Shown here one piece after another: positions 57,650-64,000 of a DNA stretch of 64,000 bases. The first letter of the stretch is position 1. Every line of letters begins with the position of its first letter. Made by a program: the position numbers and the translations under genes. Source of the DNA: a virus. The stretch is from the IMG/VR virus record IMGVR_UViG_3300046690_000339, positions 15,900 through 79,899 of that record; one strand, 5' to 3'. The notes under the pieces are model-generated. The model saw only the letters and a list, made by a program, of their open reading frames with translations, ran no database searches and was not told the origin of the DNA.

Positions 57650-58900
57650 CTACGTAATTCCGAAATTTGCCGGCGGTGGCGGACATTCGCACAAGCCTCC
57701 GGGGTTAGCGCTATAAAGCGCGCACAATTTACGGACGGCCGTCGGCCAGTTAGGGAATCTGCAAATAGGCGTGAGCCATTTCAACATCTGCTGTATTTGC
57801 AGCGCTTTCGATTTCGCATCCCATTGGGTTTGAAGCTGACTTATCGTGAAATTGAAAAACCAAATCGCAAGACACAGTTCGTCATAACTGAACGGCGCAT
57901 CATTGATTCTAGGCCATATCGTTTCGCCGAACGCGACTATTTTTTGTTGTCCATGGGGCATTTTTGATATCGACTGTTCTCGGCGTTTCTCTTCGCGTTC
58001 GACTTGGCGAGCTCGATACAACTCCTGCACCAAGATTGGTAATCTCGCCGGGTTTCTGGCGAGTTCTTCTTGATGCCGAATAACAACTGGAAAAACGTCT
58101 TGTTGGATCTGTGCGCGTTCGGCTTTTTTCGTTAGATCATATTTTTTCGCGTATGATGGCGGACACCACGGCAAGACAAGCCGCAGGTTTGGAAGCGTCG
58201 CATATTCTGTCGCAGTGGGCTCGCCGAAAGCGCCTATCGCTAAGGATTCAACTAGTAAATCCCAGATGGGTCCCTTTCGTTTGTTGATAAGGCGAGCGAT
58301 ATTACTTCGCATGCGTGCATTTGTAATGTAACTTAGGACCAAATCGGCGTTCGGCAGCGTGGCGAGCGCTCCTTTTGGTTTCCGGTCAACTTTTTTATCT
58401 TCTTCATGGTGCTCATCGAGATTTTCCTCTTTGTTATCCGTCGATTCTTCTGCTTTCTGTGGTTCATCTACGGGCACTCCCGTCTTCTCAACGCTGAGAA
58501 GACGTGCCTCAATTTCGTCTTGCCAAATAAGTCGGAGGGATCTCCTGTCGGTTTCCTCTAACACTCGGCGCGTAATTTCGGCATGTTGCCCCATATTTAT
58601 TAATGCTGCTCGGTCATCTTTGTTGAAATAGTCAAGATCGTTTTCAACAAGCCATAGACCAAATTCGACATTTGATCTAAATTCCTGGCGTGCTCGGAAC
58701 AATTCTTTAGCCAGCGCCAGCGTTGCTTTGGCCCATTCGACGGTTGCCTCCCGCCAACCATCAATCACTTCGCGCAGACAGTCCGCGCGCGCAGTCTTCG
58801 GTACCATCCTAATCACGTTATTTGTTTCCACGGTCTTTCTCCTAGTGATATAATTCTTCTCACGTCTACGCTCTCCGTGAAGTGGAGAGCGTAGGGTCAA
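57650..58900 (-). CDS. Hypothetical protein (DUF3102-like N-terminus)
   Basis: L..AR.......FG.WL motif; long ORF. Confidence 0.5.
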   Translation of the reverse strand: MTLRSPLHGERRREKNYITRRKTVETNNVIRMVPKTARADCLREVIDGWREATVEWAKATLALAKELFRARQEFRSNVEFGLWLVENDLDYFNKDDRAALINMGQHAEITRRVLEETDRRSLRLIWQDEIEARLLSVEKTGVPVDEPQKAEESTDNKEENLDEHHEEDKKVDRKPKGALATLPNADLVLSYITNARMRSNIARLINKRKGPIWDLLVESLAIGAFGEPTATEYATLPNLRLVLPWCPPSYAKKYDLTKKAERAQIQQDVFPVVIRHQEELARNPARLPILVQELYRARQVEREEKRREQSISKMPHGQQKIVAFGETIWPRINDAPFSYDELCLAIWFFNFTISQLQTQWDAKSKALQIQQMLKWLTPICRFPNWPTAVRKLCALYSANPGGLCECPPPPANFGIT

Positions 58901-58912
58901 AAGAGCTATTTG

Positions 58913-59929
58913 TTAGGCTGCGACCGCCGAACCCTCATCACCACCAAGGTAGTGGGGGTCCGGTACGTTTTTGGGCTTCATCGCCTCCCTGATGACCGAA
59001 GATTTAACGGCTCTCACGCGTTGAGCATCGAGTAAAAATGCCTTAATCGCCGCACCAAAACGTCCAAGTGCGGTGACTCGGTCACGCTTTGCCGCTTCCC
59101 GCTCCAATAATCTCGCAGCGATGAATAGCGGAGAACTTTCGCCGTTCAGGTCCTGTCCTAATTGGAAAACGGCCAACTTTTCAATTATTAGGTCCGACGG
59201 CCAATCCGACTTTAGTAAAATAAAAGCTAGGGTCTGTGCCTCGGGTGTTTGAAACGTCGGCTTTGCAATACCCTTTACCGAATTCTCACCAAGATGCATG
59301 GCCTGAACCAAGAGATCGTTGTTTTCATAAACCGCTTCGATCTTTTCTGGATTCGATTGAAGCTTTTTGCTGTCATCGGTCTTACTCAGGACCGAATATG
59401 CTCGCTGAAGAATTCTGCTTTTAATCTTCGCGTCGTCGAGGTGTTCTATTTCCAGAGCATCCGCAGGTGGTCGGGGTTTCCCAGTATCGATAACGCGAAT
59501 CGCTTTTTGATCCATTCCAATCGTTACTTGAACCGGTAAAATCCGGCCAGATAAAGCAATTGCCGCCAACCGATGCTGTCCGTCACCAACATCGCCTGTT
59601 GTAAGAAACCCGATCCCCTGATTTGTAAATTGCCATTCTCCATTGGTGATTTGTCGACCGTACTTTTCAGTAAGACTGAATTCCCACTTTCGGTTCTGCT
59701 TGTTATGGTCAAAAAATAAGAGGGCCGCCATGCCGGGAGTTATATCCAGCAGCTTAACCCCGGGCGCAGCACCGACAGCGTCTTTTTTTAACGCTGTCAC
59801 CGCTAGTTTGTCCGATTCGGTTGCGGCGGTATAAACCGCCATAATTTTCTCCTCGCAAGCCGTGGCAGCTGGAGTTCTTTTCTTTTCAGTAGCCATTTTA
59901 TTTGGCCGTCCCTTCTTGCCCGTAGGCAT
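58913..59929 (-). CDS. ParB-superfamily (DGQHR) protein
   Basis: NR...GEW...QGIGF...DGQHRLAAI...IDTG. Confidence 0.7.
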   Translation of the reverse strand: MPTGKKGRPNKMATEKKRTPAATACEEKIMAVYTAATESDKLAVTALKKDAVGAAPGVKLLDITPGMAALLFFDHNKQNRKWEFSLTEKYGRQITNGEWQFTNQGIGFLTTGDVGDGQHRLAAIALSGRILPVQVTIGMDQKAIRVIDTGKPRPPADALEIEHLDDAKIKSRILQRAYSVLSKTDDSKKLQSNPEKIEAVYENNDLLVQAMHLGENSVKGIAKPTFQTPEAQTLAFILLKSDWPSDLIIEKLAVFQLGQDLNGESSPLFIAARLLEREAAKRDRVTALGRFGAAIKAFLLDAQRVRAVKSSVIREAMKPKNVPDPHYLGGDEGSAVAA

Positions 59930-60068
59930 TTTGACTGCCGAAACCCGTAGGTAGGCAGGTTAAAGATATTAGCCGGCGCATTAGCTAACCGTTCCCTCAT
60001 CTATGCGCTAGTGTTTCATGTGTTACCCCCTTCCGTGCCCGCCCGCGGTTTCGACGTTGGCTGATTCT

Positions 60069-60395
60069 TCATCGCCGCCGCAATCTCTTCGCGGACAATC
60101 TGACGAATATATCGAGAAGAGCATTATTCATCGTCGTATCTTTGTCCTCGCTGGCCTTGACCCATCCCGCAGAATCGAATCCCTTTGATCCCTTCGTAGA
60201 ATTTTTTCCCAGCCAACGATCAACCGCATCGGCATATATCCGAAAGGTTTTCTTTCGAGAACCCGACCTGATTATGACGGCAGGAATCTCGCCGCGATGA
60301 AGCATCTCGTGAATTGTGGCGCGCGAAACCCCCAACAATGTCACAAGGTCTTTTGGTTTCAACAGCACTCCCGACGATATACCGCTGTTATTCAT
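60069..60395 (-). CDS. Excisionase-like HTH protein
   Basis: LLKPKDLVTLLGVSRATIHEML.RGEIP; ATGA overlap with the TerL stop. Confidence 0.75.
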   Translation of the reverse strand: MNNSGISSGVLLKPKDLVTLLGVSRATIHEMLHRGEIPAVIIRSGSRKKTFRIYADAVDRWLGKNSTKGSKGFDSAGWVKASEDKDTTMNNALLDIFVRLSAKRLRRR

Positions 60396-63300
60396 CGTAT
60401 CCGTATCCTCACCGGCCTGATGCCTATCGTCGGCGTGCGTTTCGGTGGCCCGCCACTCGCCGGTGGAGCTCCGCCGGTCGGTGGTTTGTCGCCGCCAGGA
60501 GGTTCTTTCGGCGGCGTCGGTTCGGTCGGTGCACTGCGCACCAATATCTCCCAGGGAATAGATCGAGCGTATAGGACCGACAGCGCGTAGGCGCGCCGGT
60601 CCAGTGCTTCGTTCCGGACTCCAGGCGGCTTGTGCCATTCCCTGATGGGATGGCCCTTGACGAAACGCGCCTGGACTTTCTCCGAGGTCAACTGCTTGAA
60701 AAACTCGTGGTCGTAGGACAACGGGAAATGACAATAGCCGGGCCCCTCGTCCGCAATCCTGAGCCGTGAATAGATGGCGTCTTTGGCCGTGTCGACTCCG
60801 AGAATCCAGACCTTGTGTCCTTTATACTTCTTGCTGCCGCCCGATTTCGGAGGCCACATCGGACGGCTGCCGGCCATGCCCTTGATGGCGTAGATCTGCC
60901 GGCCGCGACGCGGCGTGCAGAACTTGTAGACCTCATCGGCGTGATGACCGCCGGTGTCGATGGCGACCGCCTGGAGGCGCAGCCGCCGGCCGTCTTCGGT
61001 CGTCCAGTCGCGGCGCAGCACCTCGTCGAGCTGCTCCCAGATATCGGGCTTGGCGGGATCGCCGTGCAAGATGATCACCTCGACGCCCCAGCTTTCCTCC
61101 GGTTGGTTGCGCTTCTCGGCGCGCCAGCCGATGATCTCCGTTTCGAGCCTGTCGTCCTGGACGTCGACCCCGGCTGTCAGATAGAGAATCCGATAGGGCA
61201 GGCAGTCTGCCGCGTATTGCTCCCGCCTGGAGAGCAGCGGGTCCGCTGAAACCGTCTCGGCCTTTTCTTCCCATGTTTGGCCCAGGGTCGTGTTGACGAA
61301 AGCTTTCATGGGCTCGTTGTCGCCTTGCTCCTGTTTCAAGTGAGCAGCCAGAAAGCTTTCGACGATTTCGCTGAGCCTGACCCATGGGTTATAGGCTTCC
61401 CAGAGATGAAAGCCCGCCGTACCGTTGAATTCCGCCTCGGCGATCCATTCGCCTTCCATCACCGACTCGGCGCGTTCGGCGTCGTTCCACCCGGCCCCGC
61501 AATGAGAGCAGGCATAGAGCGCGGTTTTTGGATCGCGGTTCTCGAATTTGACCTGGGCCCACTCGAGCTTTTGCTTTTGCTTGCAGGCCCAGCACGGCAC
61601 GTGGAAATAGCGGCGGTCCGATGCCAGGAAAGACGCTTCTATGGCCGAGATGCCTTTAATGGTGGGGGAGCTCACGAACAATTTCTTGCGATTCCAAAAG
61701 GTTGTCGTTCTTTTACTGGCCAGTGAGATCGGATTGCCCTCGGCGCCGGCGCTCGGCGCATAGCGGTCGATCTCATCGCAGATCAGGATTCGAATCGGGC
61801 GACTCGCCAGACCGCTCGGGCTGTTGGATCCGGCGAGCGTGACATGGCCCCCCGGAAAACGTTTGTGCAAAATCGTGTTCCCGGTGTCGCGCGATCGCGC
61901 TTCCTGAATCAGCTGGGACAACACCGGCGTGTCGCGCACCATGGGAGCCAGGCGGTCCTTGCTGTAGGCTTCCGCGATGTCCAGGGTTGGCTCGATCACC
62001 AGGATCGGCGATGGGTCTTGATGGACGTAGTAGCCGGTGACGTTTAAGCACAGCTCCGTGTTGTGAGTCGGAATCATTGTCTTGCCGGCTAAATACAAAT
62101 GACTCGGACTGTTTACCTGAATGCACCTTACCGGGACCGATGGACATGGTTCGACCGCAACGATTCGACGCCTCTCTGTTTCCGTTGTGCGTCGGCCTTC
62201 GCGAGCTGGCAACAAGTCCAGCTTTCGCTTTAACCTGAAGACCGGCTTCTCGTTGTAGACCAGGAATGAAAATCGCCATGCCGGCGCACAGTCGACGGAA
62301 CACCCGAGATAGGTTATCCGTGGAGAAACTTTGTAGATGGTATATTTGATGCCAAGGCTTGAGAGGAGCTCGCCGAAGCCGTCCTGAATTCCGCTGATCG
62401 TGGTCGAAAATTCGCATCGCCCTCGGTGGCCGATCGATCCGTCTGTATCCATTAGCCCTTGGAGTAATGCCAGTCGCTGCTCGTAACTGGCCCTCAAATA
62501 AGTTAACGGGATGTGCTTCTTGTATAGATTCCGTGAACTCGAAAGTAATCCGAGTTTGGCAAGTTCCCTCGCCATACTTGGGACGGGGTTGACCACAGGA
62601 TCTAACTTGCCGCCATACTGGTGAAATTTGCTGGTTTGCCTCGCGCATTCTGCGCAATACCCCTTTTTTGTCAGACCGAGTTTCCGAGTATCGTGATTTC
62701 GAATGCAGAATGGCACGCGAGAATACGGATCTAGATGCAAGTTGCAGGTGCTTGGATTGCGCTTGTCCGACCCTCTGCGTTCGACTACTCTGACTCCGCA
62801 TTCTCTTAAGTAGTCTGCGATTTCCAAATCTTTTTCATGAAGGGTGACTTGAGTGCTGCGGCTGTTGCCGTCACCGAGCCAGACCCCTAACGCGTAAGGG
62901 TGTAAGGGCAAATCGCGTCTCGGCAGATCGGCCAACGCCGCAGCAACCGGGACCGCATATCGATTGCAACTTTTATCCTTAAACAGGACGCGAGTCGCGA
63001 ATATTTCATGAGTCGTTAAAATTCGGTAATTGCATTTCCTTTCGTGGCCGTCGTGGACCATCCATCTGTGCTGACTGTCCGCAACGATCTCGCTGCCATC
63101 CGAAAAGCCCAGCCGAAAGCATTCGCGGTCCTGCATGATCGGCGTAATAAATGTGACATAGCAATTCTTTCCCGACTCGTCGAAAACTATATCTCCGACC
63201 CGCAGATCCGCCATCGACTTCCAGCCATCCGGGGTCGGGATCGGCGTGTCTACTGCGAGAGCTTTCCCTACCTGACTCGATGACTCGATGATGAGCGTGT

Positions 63301-63517
63301 GCACGTCGGGGTTGGTCACCTCGCGCATCGGTTCCCGCATGTATGGGGTTCGCGAGGTGTACCATTTCCCAGGCTCGGCGCTGCTCTCCGGGCTAAGCAT
63401 CCGATACTGGTCCGCCCACTCGTCGATCGTTAGCTTCGGCGGCGGCGTGAAGATCTTGAAAGTACCGTTCAGCGATGTCGTCCACGGTCGCGGGGAAACG
63501 GAGGCTGCTGAGTTCAT
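60392..63517 (-). CDS. terL: Terminase large subunit (lambda gpA family) containing an intein
   Basis: RTPYMRE, QVGK|T, DEIDRY, SSPT, AGVDVQ and RNEALD motifs. Confidence 0.95.
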   Translation of the reverse strand: MNSAASVSPRPWTTSLNGTFKIFTPPPKLTIDEWADQYRMLSPESSAEPGKWYTSRTPYMREPMREVTNPDVHTLIIESSSQVGKALAVDTPIPTPDGWKSMADLRVGDIVFDESGKNCYVTFITPIMQDRECFRLGFSDGSEIVADSQHRWMVHDGHERKCNYRILTTHEIFATRVLFKDKSCNRYAVPVAAALADLPRRDLPLHPYALGVWLGDGNSRSTQVTLHEKDLEIADYLRECGVRVVERRGSDKRNPSTCNLHLDPYSRVPFCIRNHDTRKLGLTKKGYCAECARQTSKFHQYGGKLDPVVNPVPSMARELAKLGLLSSSRNLYKKHIPLTYLRASYEQRLALLQGLMDTDGSIGHRGRCEFSTTISGIQDGFGELLSSLGIKYTIYKVSPRITYLGCSVDCAPAWRFSFLVYNEKPVFRLKRKLDLLPAREGRRTTETERRRIVAVEPCPSVPVRCIQVNSPSHLYLAGKTMIPTHNTELCLNVTGYYVHQDPSPILVIEPTLDIAEAYSKDRLAPMVRDTPVLSQLIQEARSRDTGNTILHKRFPGGHVTLAGSNSPSGLASRPIRILICDEIDRYAPSAGAEGNPISLASKRTTTFWNRKKLFVSSPTIKGISAIEASFLASDRRYFHVPCWACKQKQKLEWAQVKFENRDPKTALYACSHCGAGWNDAERAESVMEGEWIAEAEFNGTAGFHLWEAYNPWVRLSEIVESFLAAHLKQEQGDNEPMKAFVNTTLGQTWEEKAETVSADPLLSRREQYAADCLPYRILYLTAGVDVQDDRLETEIIGWRAEKRNQPEESWGVEVIILHGDPAKPDIWEQLDEVLRRDWTTEDGRRLRLQAVAIDTGGHHADEVYKFCTPRRGRQIYAIKGMAGSRPMWPPKSGGSKKYKGHKVWILGVDTAKDAIYSRLRIADEGPGYCHFPLSYDHEFFKQLTSEKVQARFVKGHPIREWHKPPGVRNEALDRRAYALSVLYARSIPWEILVRSAPTEPTPPKEPPGGDKPPTGGAPPASGGPPKRTPTIGIRPVRIRIR
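62060..63262 (-). mobile_element. Class-3-type intein (Ala1, WCT motif) with LAGLIDADG endonuclease, 401 aa
   Basis: ALAVDTPIPT...HRW...LGVWLGDG...LQGLMDTDG...VRCIQV...PTHN|T. Confidence 0.9.
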
Positions 63518-63938
63518 TTAAGATCTCCCGAATCAACTCTTCCGAAATCGCCACCTGCTTGGCGGTCATCTGCGGGCTCTGGGACTTGAGCCGGCTTGGG
63601 ACGGCTAACAGTTTGGTTCGTAAGGTGCCGTGGAGAAACGACAAAGCGTCCATCAATGCCGCCATTGGAATCAGTTGGCCGTGTCGTTCGCCGAGCTTTA
63701 TCTCCAGTTCCTCGCGCCTTCGACGGTCCAGCAGAGCGGCCTCTTGGATACGGTCGAGCAGCCCATCGCGCGAGCTCCATCCGGCTGCGACGCTGCGAAG
63801 GTTGGTGAGGTATTCTTTGTGCCATTGCGAGATCGGAGCGCCCCTGGTCAACACGCCTTTTCTTAGTAGCTGGGAAACTTCCGGCTGGCTGATGAAAACC
63901 AGTTTAGCGAACCGCTCCTGGGTGTCTGTTTTCGCCAT
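63393..63938 (-). CDS. terS: Terminase small subunit (Nu1-like)
   Basis: TQ..FAKLV.ISQ..VS.L HTH plus coiled coil; directly upstream of TerL. Confidence 0.85.
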   Translation of the reverse strand: MAKTDTQERFAKLVFISQPEVSQLLRKGVLTRGAPISQWHKEYLTNLRSVAAGWSSRDGLLDRIQEAALLDRRRREELEIKLGERHGQLIPMAALMDALSFLHGTLRTKLLAVPSRLKSQSPQMTAKQVAISEELIREILNELSSLRFPATVDDIAERYFQDLHAAAEANDRRVGGPVSDA

Positions 63939-64000
63939 GCCAAAATTATAAGTGGCTTAGTGTCACCTGAACCTAGAAAAAAATTGAGAGTCGTCTTACC

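Noticed and set aside
53868-59193. Duplicated segment as DGR template/variable repeat or att sites
   Set aside because: The copies appear identical with no A-specific changes; no reverse transcriptase or integrase was seen; the surroundings look chimeric.
61773-62801. 342-aa alternative-frame ORF in terL
   Set aside because: No motifs and Arg/Ser-rich; typical off-frame ORF of GC-rich coding DNA.
63940-64000. cos site at the right edge
   Set aside because: Plausible by position upstream of terS, but the window ends here, so it cannot be supported.

Overview
This window is almost entirely a tailed dsDNA (siphovirus-type) phage or prophage, read right to left on the - strand. The order is: TerS; TerL with a class-3-type intein; a ~22 kb accessory block; a lambda-like head module (gpW, portal, ClpP/scaffold, decoration, major capsid); a tail module (Z, U, tube, frameshifted chaperone, tape measure); an RcGTA-like tail tip (DUF2460, DUF2163, NlpC/P60, tip protein); then fibre/decoration and membrane genes. 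The accessory block holds a DNA-modification operon, regulatory genes, a glycosyl-/methyltransferase cluster and a 47.4-54.9 kb patchwork of broken fragments that may be an amplification or assembly chimera. Highlight 1: a 76-nt tRNA-Gly-like RNA (57243-57318, -). It keeps the GlyRS identity elements but has lost the D/T-loop consensus. It sits directly upstream of a 21-bp stem that covers the start of an MTase-fold/Mom-like GNAT fusion gene, suggesting a private glycyl donor for DNA hypermodification. Highlight 2: an amino-methyltransferase carrying two in-frame insertions, each with a TATAAT box and an HNH gene in another frame, and this MTase gene itself splits the tail-tip gene. Highlight 3: a dual-frame, M.EcoHK31I-like C5-MTase. 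All family calls are by motif recognition by eye; no database searches were run.
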